Below, piece after piece: positions 1-12,409 of a stretch of 64,000 nucleotides of DNA. The stretch lies in contig JBDRCO010000068.1 of assembly GCA_043821645.1 (NCBI GenBank), positions 64,001 to 128,000 on the forward strand, in the 5' to 3' direction. The notes under the pieces are model-generated. The model saw nothing but the letters and a program-made list of their open reading frames with translations. It did not search any database and was not told the DNA's origin. The position numbers and the translations under genes are program-made. The stretch's first letter is position 1. Every line of letters starts with the position of its first letter. The DNA comes from Pseudomonadota bacterium. GTDB lineage: Bacteria > Myxococcota > JACRCW01 > JAFGSX01.

Positions 1-812
1 CGATCCTGGGGCCGCGCCGCCATGGCCTTGAGCACCACCTTCTCCAGCGCCGGCGGGTAATCGGGGACGTACGCCGACGGTTTCAGGATCGCGTGCGCGA
101 CGATCTGCCGCATCAGGTCCGCGGTGTTGTCCCAGGTCAGGGGCGGCCGGCCCACGGTGACGTGGTAGAGCATCACGCCGAGCTGGTAGATGTCGGTGGC
201 CGGCGTGACCTCTCCGATCCGGATCTGCTCCGGGGCGAGGTATGCCGGCGTGCCCTTGAGCTGCCCGGCCCTGGTCTCGGTGAGGCGGCCGCTGGCCTTG
301 GCAATGCCGAAGTCCAGGATCTTCACCTCGCCACGGTACGAGACCACCACGTTGGCCAGGGTCACGTCGCGGTGTATCACCGGGGCCGGCTGACCCTGGG
401 CGTTGCGTTGACCATGTGCGTGGGCGAGGGCATCGGCCACGCAGGCGCCAATGTAGATGGCCAGCGAGGCCGGAAACTGTCTGCCCCGGACCGTGCACAG
501 CCTGGTCAGCGCCGCCAGGGATTCGCCCCAGACGTACTCCATCGCCATGAAGGAGCGGCCGTCGACGTCGCCAGAGTCGCGGACCTTGATGATGCCGGGA
601 TGGTCGAGGCGGCGGATCACCCTGTCCTCGTCGATGAACATCTCGCAGAACTCGCGGTTGGACAGCAGGTCCTCGCGCAGCCTCTTGATGACCACGAGTT
701 CGTGGCCAGGAGAGGCCGTCCTGTCCACCGCCAAAAAGATCTCGGCCATGCCGCCCGTGGCCAGGCGGTGCAGCAGCCGGTAATTTCCAAACCGGGGGTT
801 CTCTCGCTTCAT
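1..812 (-). CDS. Ser/Thr protein kinase (Hanks-type), 5' part; runs off the window edge
   Basis: Not in the ORF track. Manual minus-strand translation from ATG 812 gives MKRENPRFGNYRLLHRLATGGMAEIFLA...IHRDVTLANVVVSYRGEVKILDFGIAKA...KGTPAYLAPEQ. Confidence 0.93.
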   Translation of the reverse strand, partial: MKRENPRFGNYRLLHRLATGGMAEIFLAVDRTASPGHELVVIKRLREDLLSNREFCEMFIDEDRVIRRLDHPGIIKVRDSGDVDGRSFMAMEYVWGESLAALTRLCTVRGRQFPASLAIYIGACVADALAHAHGQRNAQGQPAPVIHRDVTLANVVVSYRGEVKILDFGIAKASGRLTETRAGQLKGTPAYLAPEQIRIGEVTPATDIYQLGVMLYHVTVGRPPLTWDNTADLMRQIVAHAILKPSAYVPDYPPALEKVVLKAMAARPQD

Positions 813-869
813 TGCTTGGTCAGAGTCCTTGGGGAACGCAGCGCAGGGCGCGCACGATAGGGTGCAGGG

Positions 870-1961
870 TCACGAACTCGTATCGGCGCTACCGTCCTGG
901 GTGGCCGGCTGGGACGGAGGCGCGGGCACTGTTGGAATAGAAATATCTGGAGTTACGGGTTTTTCTGGCTCCTCTGGGAGGCTCAGAAGCCCCATGACGC
1001 CGCTGCCGGTGATGCCTACGCCGAGCGCTGTGATGCCCGCCCCGAGGAGCGCGCCAAGGAGCGAGGTCCCGGTGGTGTTGTTGCCAGGAAGCAACATCAC
1101 GACGATGGTGCCCAGCCCGCCCAGGATGCAGGGCGTGCCCGCCGCGCTCAGGCAGATGCCCCAGATCAGGCTCGAGGTGTGATCCGATTCCCATTTCTGG
1201 TGTGCGAACTCGTAGTTGCGCAGGGCCAGGGTGGGGTCGAGTTCCAGGTTGACCTCGACGATGGTGTCCTGGGCTGGCACCACCGTGACCTGGGATTGAT
1301 GGGTGGAGTAGTCGCGGTGGGTCACCTGCAATTCGTAGCTCCCGGCGCCGAGCTTGGGCAGCTTGAGCGGGGTCTCGCCCACCTTGCGCCCTGCAAGCGT
1401 GACCGCGCAGTGGCTGGGCACGCTGCGCACGATGAGCGTCCCCGTGGCGCCTTTGGCCACGCCCTGGCCCGGGGTGCTGGGCTCCGGCGGCACGGCCTTG
1501 AACAGCTCGACAACCAGATCCGGGAGCGCGCTCAGGAGCTGGTCCTCGTCGGCGGGCACCTGGCGCGCGGCCCGGGCCAGCACGCGTGCGTGCTTGACGT
1601 CGAACAGCTTGAGCGTGATCAGGTACTGCGAGCCGATGCGCGACACGGTGCCGGTGAGCATGCGCTGCACGCCCAAGGCGCCACCTATCTCGGCCACGCA
1701 GGAGGCGTCGTCCTCGCATTGCAGGAGCTGCTTCGATTGTTCCAAGGAGAGCAGGGACTTGATATCCGACGATCCGATGCACTCGCCCAGACCCAGGCCC
1801 TGGACCTTGGCCATGAGCAGCTCGCTCAGGCCGCGGGTGACTCCCGGGTCGACCTTCTTGCCCGCGACCAGATCCAGCACGGCAATGCGCTCGGCCGCCG
1901 GCGCGGTGGCACCCAGGAGAAGTGTCGTGCAAAAAGTGGCCAGGGCCACAACGTGGCGCAT
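870..1961 (-). CDS. PEGA-domain exported/membrane protein with an N-terminal CsgG/TolB-N-like domain
   Basis: Signal peptide [32 protein letters not shown] motif; PEGA-like [21 protein letters not shown]-terminal hydrophobic segments. Confidence 0.75.
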   Translation of the reverse strand: MRHVVALATFCTTLLLGATAPAAERIAVLDLVAGKKVDPGVTRGLSELLMAKVQGLGLGECIGSSDIKSLLSLEQSKQLLQCEDDASCVAEIGGALGVQRMLTGTVSRIGSQYLITLKLFDVKHARVLARAARQVPADEDQLLSALPDLVVELFKAVPPEPSTPGQGVAKGATGTLIVRSVPSHCAVTLAGRKVGETPLKLPKLGAGSYELQVTHRDYSTHQSQVTVVPAQDTIVEVNLELDPTLALRNYEFAHQKWESDHTSSLIWGICLSAAGTPCILGGLGTIVVMLLPGNNTTGTSLLGALLGAGITALGVGITGSGVMGLLSLPEEPEKPVTPDISIPTVPAPPSQPATQDGSADTSS

Positions 1962-2093
1962 GTCGAACCTCACAGCGTCCCACCCGCCAGACTGACCGTG
2001 CATTGTCGCCGCAGCGGTGGCCTTGGATCAAGAGACCCGATGGGTCCACTTTCGAGAAAAGGAGTCACCACCGTCCCCCGGCACGACGAGCTG

Positions 2094-2122
2094 TTGACAG
2101 GCTCCGTGCAGACCAGTAGAAA
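2094..2122 (+). promoter_or_regulatory. Putative sigma70 promoter of rpsO-pnp
   Basis: TTGACA-N17-TAGAAA, 43 nt upstream of the rpsO start. Confidence 0.5.
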
Positions 2123-2165
2123 GCCACGTCTTTTTTGTACTAACCCCTTTCTGGAGGAAGCGGAG

Positions 2166-2435
2166 ATGACCCTCGCTCTGGATTGGAAGCAGACCCAGAT
2201 CACCCAGCACCGCCGTCACGACAGCGACACCGGCTCGCCCGAGGTCCAGATCGCGCTGCTCAGCACGCGCATCAGCCACCTCACCGAGCACTTCAAGATC
2301 CACACCAAGGACCATCACTCTCGTCGTGGCTTGCTCAAGCTGGTGAGCCAGCGTCGCAGCTTGCTGGACTACCTGCGCCGCAAGGACGTGACGCGCTACC
2401 GCGCGATCATCGAGACCCTCGGCATCCGCAAGTAG
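2166..2435 (+). CDS. rpsO: 30S ribosomal protein S15
   Basis: 89 aa; [29 protein letters not shown]; upstream of pnp. Confidence 0.98.
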   Translation: MTLALDWKQTQITQHRRHDSDTGSPEVQIALLSTRISHLTEHFKIHTKDHHSRRGLLKLVSQRRSLLDYLRRKDVTRYRAIIETLGIRK

Positions 2436-2679
2436 TCGCGGGCGCCGGCGCACGATTTCTCCCCGCTGGCGAGTGCTGGCGGGGAGACGCCGCCGGGCGA
2501 GCGTCCGGTGGCCCCGGGGGCGCTGCGCGCGTCCCTGGCAATGCCGACCCCCTGGCCGCGGGGGCGGAAGAATGTGGCATGGTGGCACGTCCCGTTGCCG
2601 GCATCCCTCATTTTTCCTCTCCCGTCCCAGCCGGTCCCCACAAGCACGGTCTCGCCGAGACCGCTGCACCGGAGTATCC

Positions 2680-4833
<2,154 letters not shown>

Positions 4834-4849
4834 AGAGCTGCCCTGGATC

Positions 4850-6121
4850 ATGACCACGTCATCGACAGCGCGCGACGTGGTGTGGCCCTGCGTGGACCTG
4901 GGGGGAACCTCCCTGCGCCTGTTGATGGTGCGGCCGGCGGCCCGGGCCTACGGGGGCGAGGTGGTCGTGCGCCTCGAGGAGCGAACGCCCCGGGGCCTCG
5001 AGGGGCTGCTGCAGGCGCTGCGCGCCACTCTGCAGCGAGGGCGCGAGCAAGCGCAGCAGCTCGGCTGTCGAGTGGTGCCCGCCCTGGCCCTGGGCACACC
5101 CGGCCGCTACCAGCGCGGGCCCGACGGCCGGCGCCGCATCGCGCCGTACTCAGCCACCAGTCTCGAGGACCATCCCGGCGAGTTTCACGACCTGGATCTG
5201 CTCGCAGCCCTGAGCCAGAGTCTCGAGATGCCCGAGGACTGTCTGTTCGTGGACAACGATGCCGTGGTCCAGGGGCTGGCCCTGGTGCAACAGCTCCTCG
5301 AAGGGAGCGCGCGCGCGAGCTATCTGGGCGAGCGCGTGGTGTGCATCAACCCTGGCACCGGTCTGGGCGGGTGCGTGGCCGAGGTCAGCGCGGACGGCGA
5401 GGTGCAGGTCTTCACCGACGGCCACGTGTCGGAGATCAGCCTGCACCCCCTGACTCACGGCGGCAGTGTTGGCGAGCTGCAGGTGCACCTCACCACCACC
5501 GCCGACGCCAGCTCGCTGTGGCTGCACGTCGACGACGGTGAGAATACCCGGGAGCTGTCGCTGGCCACGCCCGCAGGGAAGCAGGCCGAGGACCTGATCG
5601 CGGGCACCGGCGTGGCGCGTATCGTCGCCGGTCTCGACCGGCTGCTTGGTCTCGACGCCGAACAGGGGCCCCTGCAACGTGCCGCCGCGCAGCTGGGTCT
5701 GGGACCTCGGTCGCTCGGAGGGCCGCTGGTGAGCCGTTGTCTCGAGTTCAACCCCACGACACCCGAGCAGGAGCTGGCGCGCGACGCGGCGATCTGGATC
5801 GCGGACCTCACGGCGGCAGCACTGCTCAAACTCATGCACGTGCTCCGAGACGGAACTCCACGCAAGACGCCGCGCTTTGACACCTGGCCGGCCGCCGACG
5901 TCGAGCGCATCCGCGGTGTGCGGCGCTTCGTGATCGGGGGTGGCATCGCGCGCCATTCCCTGGGTGGCCACATGGTCCAGGTCGCCCAGGAGGCCTGGGC
6001 CTCCGCAGCAAAGGAGGTGACCGTGCACGCACCGGATCAGAGCGGTGACGCCGGCGCCCTGGGCGCGCTTTTCCTGGTGAGTCCGGTGCGGCGACTTGAA
6101 CTCGAGGCTCTGGCGTCCTAG
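4850..6121 (+). CDS. Divergent ROK-family sugar kinase-like protein
   Basis: DLGGT, VDNDA, NPGTGLGG, VIGGGIA and DAGALGA motifs. Confidence 0.7.
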   Translation: MTTSSTARDVVWPCVDLGGTSLRLLMVRPAARAYGGEVVVRLEERTPRGLEGLLQALRATLQRGREQAQQLGCRVVPALALGTPGRYQRGPDGRRRIAPYSATSLEDHPGEFHDLDLLAALSQSLEMPEDCLFVDNDAVVQGLALVQQLLEGSARASYLGERVVCINPGTGLGGCVAEVSADGEVQVFTDGHVSEISLHPLTHGGSVGELQVHLTTTADASSLWLHVDDGENTRELSLATPAGKQAEDLIAGTGVARIVAGLDRLLGLDAEQGPLQRAAAQLGLGPRSLGGPLVSRCLEFNPTTPEQELARDAAIWIADLTAAALLKLMHVLRDGTPRKTPRFDTWPAADVERIRGVRRFVIGGGIARHSLGGHMVQVAQEAWASAAKEVTVHAPDQSGDAGALGALFLVSPVRRLELEALAS

Positions 6122-6246
6122 GTCTCACTCCCCCCTTTGGTCGCTGATATATTGTCCATAATTTTTCGATATTCGACCTGCTGGAAGGCTGGATCTCCAC
6201 ACATTCGGGCGCTACATACGCTCCCGAAGTGAGCCGAGGAGCACGC

Positions 6247-7467
6247 ATGCCAATGAAGAGTTCTCGCCAGCGGGCCTGGATCGTCCTCGCGCTGATCGCG
6301 CTGCTGATCGTGGTGGGGCTGGTCGTCCGCAGTGCATTCGGTCCCGCGGTGAAGGTGTCCAGGATCTCCCGCGCCGAGCTGACGCAGACCCTGGTGGCCA
6401 ATGGCAAGGTGCTGGCACCCGCCAAGGTACAGATCGGCACCACCCTGCTGGGTGTGGTGGATCACGTCGACGTGGAGGAGGGCCAGCAGATCAAGAAGGG
6501 TGCCTTGCTGCTGCAACTCCACCATGAGGAGATGCTGGCCCAGGTGGAGCAAGCCAAGGCCGGGGTCGCCGCCGCGCAGATTCGCCTCGAGCAGGTGCGC
6601 GCGGTGCGGGCGCCGGTCGCAGCGCAGGAGATGAAGCAGGCACAGATCTCCGTCGACCAGGCCCAGACCCAGTTCGAACGTCTGGCGGATCTGATGCAGA
6701 AGGGCGCCACCACCAGGGTCGATTTCGACAAGGCCCAGACAGATCTGGAGCTGGCGCGGAGCCGCTACCTGGGTGCCTCGCTGCAAGCAGCCAACACCTC
6801 GTCGGCGGGTATCGAGTATCGACTCGCGCTGGCGGCCCTGAGTCAGAGCCAGGCCAGCCTGGCCCAGGCCAATGCGCGACTGGCCGAGACCAGCGTGTCC
6901 GCACCCGCGGACAGTGTGGTCCTGGAGCGCAGGGTCGAGCCCGGTGATGTGGTTCAGCCTGGCAAGGTCTTGCTGGTTCTGGCGCGCCTGGGAGAAACCC
7001 AGGTCGAGGTCGCCTTCGACGAGGGCAATCTGGGATTGCTGAAGATCGGACAAAAGGCGCGGGTGGCGGCCGAGGCCTTTCTCCAGCAGCAGTTCGACGC
7101 CGAGCTGCGCTTCATCGCCCCGGCGGTGGACCCGCAACGCGGAACGGTGGACGTGCGTTTCGTGGTACCCACACCACCGTCCTTCCTGCTCACGGACATG
7201 ACCGCCACCGTCGACGTTGAGGTGGCGCGCCGGGCTGACGCGCTGGTGGTTCCTGCCAGGGCGGTGCGCGATGCCAGCAGCGGTGCGCCCTGGGTGCTGG
7301 TGCTGCGCGATGGCCACATCGAGCGCGTGGATGTGACCCTGGGCGTGCGCGGGGAGCTTTCGCTGGAGATCGTGCAAGGCCTCGAGTCCGAGGCCCTGGT
7401 GGTCACCGAGGGACAGCAGAGCCTGGTTCCGGGTCAGCGCGCGCGAGCGGTCGAAGAGGGGGCCTGA
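6247..7467 (+). CDS. Periplasmic adaptor (HlyD/MacA-type membrane fusion protein)
   Basis: N-terminal TM helix, lipoyl-like halves flanking a coiled coil, VSAPADSVV..VEPGDVV; GAGGAG RBS. Confidence 0.9.
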   Translation: MPMKSSRQRAWIVLALIALLIVVGLVVRSAFGPAVKVSRISRAELTQTLVANGKVLAPAKVQIGTTLLGVVDHVDVEEGQQIKKGALLLQLHHEEMLAQVEQAKAGVAAAQIRLEQVRAVRAPVAAQEMKQAQISVDQAQTQFERLADLMQKGATTRVDFDKAQTDLELARSRYLGASLQAANTSSAGIEYRLALAALSQSQASLAQANARLAETSVSAPADSVVLERRVEPGDVVQPGKVLLVLARLGETQVEVAFDEGNLGLLKIGQKARVAAEAFLQQQFDAELRFIAPAVDPQRGTVDVRFVVPTPPSFLLTDMTATVDVEVARRADALVVPARAVRDASSGAPWVLVLRDGHIERVDVTLGVRGELSLEIVQGLESEALVVTEGQQSLVPGQRARAVEEGA

Positions 7468-7469
7468 GC

Positions 7470-8684
7470 ATGCGCTTCACCTGGCTCATCGCCCTGCGTT
7501 TCCTGCGCGAGGGCCGTGCACAGACCCTGCTCATCGTGGGCGGCGTGTCGCTCGGCGTCGCGGTGATGGTCTTCCTGTCGTCTCTGATCAGCGGGTTGCA
7601 GCTCAATATCATCGCGCGCACCCTGGGTACGCAGGCGCACATCCTGGTGCGCATGCCCGATGACGGTGTGGGTTCGCTGCGCGGTTCCGACCCGTCGGTG
7701 GCGCCGGTGTTCGAGAAGCCGGCGCAGCGCCTGCGCACCATCGCCAGCTGGTCGCAGCAGGTCGACGCCATCCGCACGGTTCCGGGTGTGCGCGAGGTTT
7801 CGCCCTCGGTGGTGGGACCGGGCTTCGCCAGCCGGGGCAGTGCCGAGAAACCGGTGCAGCTCCGCGGCATCGATCCTGCCAGCTACGTGCGCATCGTGCC
7901 CGTCGACACCGCGATCCGTGAGGGGCGGCTGAGCCTCGATGGGACCCAGGCCCTCGTTGGCGCCGGACTGGCCAAGCTGCTCGGGGTCCAGGTGGGCGAT
8001 CGTCTGCGTCTGTCCAGCGCCAGTGGCGAGGGCTCGACCTTCACCATCAGCGGTGTGTTCGACCTGCAGAACCAGATCGTCAACGAGACCTGGGTCTTGC
8101 TGTCACTGCGAAGCGCCCAGACCCTGCTCGGACTCAGTGGCGACGTCACCGGCATCGAGGTCACGGTGGCCGAAATCTTTCAGGCGCGGAACATCGCCGA
8201 GGAGATCGCCCAGCGCACGGGCCTCACTGCCGAGAGCTGGATGCAGCTCAACGAGCAGCTCCTGGTGGCGCTTCGCTCCCAGAGCAGTTCGAGCGCCATG
8301 ATCCAGTTCTTCGTCGTCATGGCCGTGGCCCTGGGTATCGCCAGCGTGCTCATCGTGTCGGTGATCCAGAAATCGCGAGAGATCGGCATCCTCAAGGCCA
8401 TGGGTGCGCGCACCCGCGACGTGATGCGGGTGTTCTTGATCCAGGGCTTCCTCGTCGGCGCCGTGGGCTCGGCGGTCGGCATCGCCCTGGGGGTGGGGCT
8501 GATTCTTTTGTTTGCCGGTGCGGCGCGCAATCCAGATGGCTCGCCGCTGTTCGTGCTGGACCTTGGCCTGTCCCTGTTCGTGCGCGCAGCGGCCATCGCC
8601 TGCTTCACCGGCGTGGTGGCGGCGGTGGCCCCGGCTCGGCGGGCGGCACGGCTGGATCCGGCGGTGGTGATTCGCAATGGCTGA
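7470..8684 (+). CDS. ABC transporter permease, LolE/MacB (FtsX-like) family
   Basis: [21 protein letters not shown]; 4-TM layout with a large periplasmic loop. Confidence 0.92.
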   Translation: MRFTWLIALRFLREGRAQTLLIVGGVSLGVAVMVFLSSLISGLQLNIIARTLGTQAHILVRMPDDGVGSLRGSDPSVAPVFEKPAQRLRTIASWSQQVDAIRTVPGVREVSPSVVGPGFASRGSAEKPVQLRGIDPASYVRIVPVDTAIREGRLSLDGTQALVGAGLAKLLGVQVGDRLRLSSASGEGSTFTISGVFDLQNQIVNETWVLLSLRSAQTLLGLSGDVTGIEVTVAEIFQARNIAEEIAQRTGLTAESWMQLNEQLLVALRSQSSSSAMIQFFVVMAVALGIASVLIVSVIQKSREIGILKAMGARTRDVMRVFLIQGFLVGAVGSAVGIALGVGLILLFAGAARNPDGSPLFVLDLGLSLFVRAAAIACFTGVVAAVAPARRAARLDPAVVIRNG

Positions 8685-9465
8685 ACCTGTTCTCGAGCTG
8701 AGCGGTGTGGTCAAGGAGTACGGCGAGGCCGTGATCACGCGCGTTTTGCATGGCCTCGACCTGCGCATCGAGCCCGGCGAGTTCGCGGCTCTCACCGGCC
8801 CCTCGGGTTCTGGCAAGAGCACCCTGCTCAACATCATGGGCCTGCTCGACCGACCCACCGAGGGCTCGGTCCGGGTGCGGGGTCAAGACATCTCCGTGCT
8901 CGACGACGACGAACTCGCGCAGCTGCGCGGCCGATCACTGGGCTTCGTGTTCCAGTTTCATCATCTGCTCGCGGCCTTCACAGCCCGCGAGAACATCTAC
9001 ATGCCGGTGCTGCTCGATCGGGGCCGCGTCGACCGCGCCATGGAACAACGCGCAGACGAACTGCTGGCTGCGGTGGGTTTGCAGGACAAGGCAGGACGGC
9101 GCGCCAGCCAACTCTCTGGTGGCCAGCAGCAACGCGTGGCGGTCGCCCGGGCGCTCGCTGTGGAACCAGCCCTGGTGCTCGCCGATGAGCCCACAGGCAA
9201 CCTCGACACCGAGACCGCGGATCAGATCTTCGACCTGCTGCGCGACATCAACAAGCAGCGAGGTACGGCTTTTCTCATCGTCACCCACGACCCCCGACTC
9301 GCCGACCGTTGCGATCGCATCATCAACCTGGTCGATGGTCGCATCGCGCGCGACCAGCGCGGCAGTCCGCAAGGTCCCTGCCGGGCCTGTGGCTTTGGTC
9401 CCTGTCTGCGTAGCGCATGCGTGCGCGCAGAGGATATTCCGCGCGCGCCGGCTGCGATCGGCTAG
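8677..9465 (+). CDS. ABC transporter ATP-binding protein (LolD-like)
   Basis: [32 protein letters not shown]. Confidence 0.95.
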   Translation: MAEPVLELSGVVKEYGEAVITRVLHGLDLRIEPGEFAALTGPSGSGKSTLLNIMGLLDRPTEGSVRVRGQDISVLDDDELAQLRGRSLGFVFQFHHLLAAFTARENIYMPVLLDRGRVDRAMEQRADELLAAVGLQDKAGRRASQLSGGQQQRVAVARALAVEPALVLADEPTGNLDTETADQIFDLLRDINKQRGTAFLIVTHDPRLADRCDRIINLVDGRIARDQRGSPQGPCRACGFGPCLRSACVRAEDIPRAPAAIG

Positions 9466-9492
9466 ACCGATTTCAGGTGGAATCGTTCGAAC

Positions 9493-9571
9493 GGTGTGGG
9501 GCGCAGGGGCAAGGCGATTTTTCGCAGCTTGCGAGAACAAAACGACTGCCCCGTCGCGGCGGCCCCACACC
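9493..9571. repeat. Intergenic inverted repeat / long hairpin between convergent genes
   Basis: GGTGTGGGGC (9493-9502) pairs with GCCCCACACC (9562-9571); inner GGGGCA/TGCCCC and TCGCA/TGCGA arms. Confidence 0.5.
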
Positions 9572-9617
9572 ACGAGCTCCATGGCAGGCGAAATCGGTCA
9601 CGCAGGGGACACGTGGC

Positions 9618-10016
9618 TCAGGGACTCGTGCGGAAGCGTGTGCGGACGGTGGATCCCAGCTCCGCCGTGTCGATGCCTCGCAGGTTGTGCTCGATCACGA
9701 TCTCGTAGCTGGCTCCCGCATTCAGGACCTGCTCCGGCACCAGGGTCAGGCCGCGCTGATCCGCACTCACGATCTGTGCGCAAGGCAGGGCACTGGTGCC
9801 GCGCTCCAGGCGAACGGTGTCGCCATTGATCGTGCCGGTGTCCAGGGGTGCATTGAAACCCAGCTCGACGGTGATGCTGGTCGAGACCAGGGTCGCGCCG
9901 TGGTTCGGGGACACACTCGACAGCACCAGCGGCGGTGGCAGTTCAATGCTCGCGTCCCCACATCCGGCCAGCGCCAGGCCGCCAAGCACGAGTGCTGCCA
10001 TCCTGTGCCTTGTCAT
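9618..10016 (-). CDS. Ig-like (Big_5/SbsA-type) domain lipoprotein
   Basis: Lipobox LAGC; VSPNHGAT..ITVELGFNAPLD..LTLVP..L.AGASYEI pattern. Confidence 0.75.
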   Translation of the reverse strand: MTRHRMAALVLGGLALAGCGDASIELPPPLVLSSVSPNHGATLVSTSITVELGFNAPLDTGTINGDTVRLERGTSALPCAQIVSADQRGLTLVPEQVLNAGASYEIVIEHNLRGIDTAELGSTVRTRFRTSP

Positions 10017-10017
10017 C

Positions 10018-10869
10018 TCAGACCTCCGGACGCCGAGCGCGGCGCTGCCCGCGATAGCGCAAGATCAGGTCGTCGTGCGCACGATACCATTGCAGGGCCT
10101 CTCGGCGACCGGCGAAGCGTCGTTCGGCCTGGCGAAAGACCGCGCCATGAAACTGCACCCTCGACCCCCGTCTCTCGGGCGGGTGCACCTGGTGCAGCAT
10201 CTCGTGAAAGACGATGTACTCGACGAAGACCCGGGGCACGCGCGCCTGGTCCAGCGCCGGATGCACGGTGATGCGGCGAGCGCTGTCGTCGTAGGATCCG
10301 AGCTTGATGGCGCGCCGGCGGCGTCCTCGAGGATGACCTGCCTCGCCGAAGCCTATCTTGGCCTGCACCCTGTCGTCGAAGTAGTCGCGGTTGAGCACCT
10401 GAAGGATCTGCTCGAGATCGTGGTGTTTCCCCTGGGCTCGAACGGCCTCCCGCGCCCGTGGTTCGGCGCTGATCAGGTGGCCATGCTTTTCGATGTATTC
10501 GTCGACCAGGCGCCGTGATCGTCGATCCGGTCGGTCCGCGAAGCGCGCCACCGCGCGTAGCACCACCTCGTCCGCATCCAGGAACATGTGGTGCATGCGC
10601 ACCACCAGAGCGCCCTCACGTCGGGCTCCGGTGAGCATCACGCTTCTGTTGTCGTGCATGATCACGCGCACCGGCTGCTGCAGCAGTTCGGCAAGGCGCT
10701 GCTGGATCTCGCGCCTGCGCGAGCGCGGTGGGGGTTCGGCTGTGGAGCTGTCCGGCGAGGTCAGCGGACCGGAGAGCGCGGGTCGGGGCGCGGACTCCAG
10801 CACCTGCACCTTCAAGCGCGTGGACCGCACCGGCGCAGCGTCGAAGGGGAGGGCGAGCTGGTGACCCAT
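10018..10869 (-). CDS. SprT/YgjP-like zinc metalloprotease
   Basis: EYIVFHEMLHQ (HExxH) followed by FHGAVF; start chosen at MGHQLALPF. Confidence 0.8.
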   Translation of the reverse strand: MGHQLALPFDAAPVRSTRLKVQVLESAPRPALSGPLTSPDSSTAEPPPRSRRREIQQRLAELLQQPVRVIMHDNRSVMLTGARREGALVVRMHHMFLDADEVVLRAVARFADRPDRRSRRLVDEYIEKHGHLISAEPRAREAVRAQGKHHDLEQILQVLNRDYFDDRVQAKIGFGEAGHPRGRRRRAIKLGSYDDSARRITVHPALDQARVPRVFVEYIVFHEMLHQVHPPERRGSRVQFHGAVFRQAERRFAGRREALQWYRAHDDLILRYRGQRRARRPEV

Positions 10870-10980
10870 GGCGCGCCAGCATAGCAGAAGCCCGCCGTCC
10901 TGGGTGCGCCTTGACAGCGTTCCGGCCACGTCGCTACAAGCAAGGCGCTGCGAGGCCCACCGGTCTCGCTGTAGAGGATC

Positions 10981-12378
10981 GTGATGATGATTCCCTCGCC
11001 TGTGCTCGCACAGCTCGCCGCGCAGTCACCCGCCCCACTGGTCGCCCCGACCGCGCAGGACCTCGTCGGGCTGCTGGTGATCGGTGGCCTGTCCCTGATC
11101 TTCGTGATCCTGGCCGTGCTGTTCGTGATCAAGTCCCGTCGCAAGCGTATCGCCGAACTCACCGAGGCCCTCGAAGCCAACGAACTCGAAGCGCGCGGGG
11201 ACGCCGGGGCTCCGGCGCTGCCATCGGATTTTGAAGCACCCGCAGCCGTCGTCGAGCCCCCACGCGCAGTGGTCGAGAAGGCCGCCGAGAGATCTGCCGC
11301 CCCGCCGGTGGCCGAGTCGGATCAAGGTCCGGCTGTCGCCGAGCTGCCCGCCCGGGCCCCGGACAGGGTGGAGGCCAAGACTGCTGCTGTCGCTGTCGAG
11401 CCCGAGCCAGAGCAGCCCGCGCTTCCCCCCGAGCATGCCGAGCTCGCTGAGGAGGATGCCAGCCAGCGACGCGCGCGCCTGCGTGTCGGCCTGCACAAGA
11501 CGCGCAGCGGCTTCATCGGTCGCCTGAGCACCCTGTTTGGCGGCAAGCGGGAGCTGGACCCCTCGCTCATCGATGAGCTGGAGCAGATCCTGCTCACCAG
11601 TGACGTCGGAGTGAAGACCGCAGACCACCTGCTTCAGCTTGTCCGTGGCAAGATGGCCAACAAGGAGATCGACGACGCGGCGGCGGTGCGGCAGGTGCTC
11701 AAGCGAGAGATCCGCCACATCCTGCAGCCAGAGGCGCCTGAGGTGGAGCCCGCGGGCCGCAAGCCCCACGTGATCATGGTGATCGGCGTCAATGGCGGAG
11801 GCAAGACCACCACCGTCGGCAAGCTGGCCCATCGCTATGCCCAGCAGGGACTCCGGGTCGTGCTCGGCGCGGGTGACACCTTCCGCGCAGCGGCGGTCGA
11901 CCAGCTCGAGGTCTGGGCGCAGCGCGCCGGGGTGTCCGTCGTCCGCGGCAAGGAAGGCCAGGACCCGTCCAGCGTGCTGTTCGAGGCGGTCAAGAGGGCC
12001 ACCGACGAAGATGCCGATGTGGTCATCGCCGACACCGCGGGCCGGCTGCACACCAAGGTCAACCTGATGGAGGAGCTCAAGAAGGTGGAGCGGGTGCTCG
12101 GCAAGGCTGCTGCCGGAGCGCCCCACGAGGTCCTGCTGGTCCTCGACGCCACCACGGGCCAGAACGCGATCGCCCAGGCGGCGCAGTTCAGTGCGGCCGT
12201 GCCCGTGAACGGTGTGGTGCTCACCAAGCTTGACGGCACCGCAAAGGGTGGGGTCATCGTCGGCATCTGCAAGGAATTCGGCATCCCGGTGAAGTTCATC
12301 GGCATCGGCGAGAAGCTCGAGGACCTGCGACCGTTTGACGCCGAGGACTTCGTCGAGGCCCTGTTCGAGCTGGGCTGA
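10981..12378 (+). CDS. ftsY: Signal recognition particle receptor FtsY
   Basis: [34 protein letters not shown]-terminal TM helix and acidic linker. Confidence 0.97.
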   Translation: MMMIPSPVLAQLAAQSPAPLVAPTAQDLVGLLVIGGLSLIFVILAVLFVIKSRRKRIAELTEALEANELEARGDAGAPALPSDFEAPAAVVEPPRAVVEKAAERSAAPPVAESDQGPAVAELPARAPDRVEAKTAAVAVEPEPEQPALPPEHAELAEEDASQRRARLRVGLHKTRSGFIGRLSTLFGGKRELDPSLIDELEQILLTSDVGVKTADHLLQLVRGKMANKEIDDAAAVRQVLKREIRHILQPEAPEVEPAGRKPHVIMVIGVNGGGKTTTVGKLAHRYAQQGLRVVLGAGDTFRAAAVDQLEVWAQRAGVSVVRGKEGQDPSSVLFEAVKRATDEDADVVIADTAGRLHTKVNLMEELKKVERVLGKAAAGAPHEVLLVLDATTGQNAIAQAAQFSAAVPVNGVVLTKLDGTAKGGVIVGICKEFGIPVKFIGIGEKLEDLRPFDAEDFVEALFELG

Positions 12379-12409
12379 GGACCCTCGCGCGCGTCGCGGG
12401 ATCAACGCA

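Noticed and set aside
93-860. 255-aa plus-strand ORF
   Set aside because: It is the antisense shadow of the Ser/Thr kinase that runs off the window.
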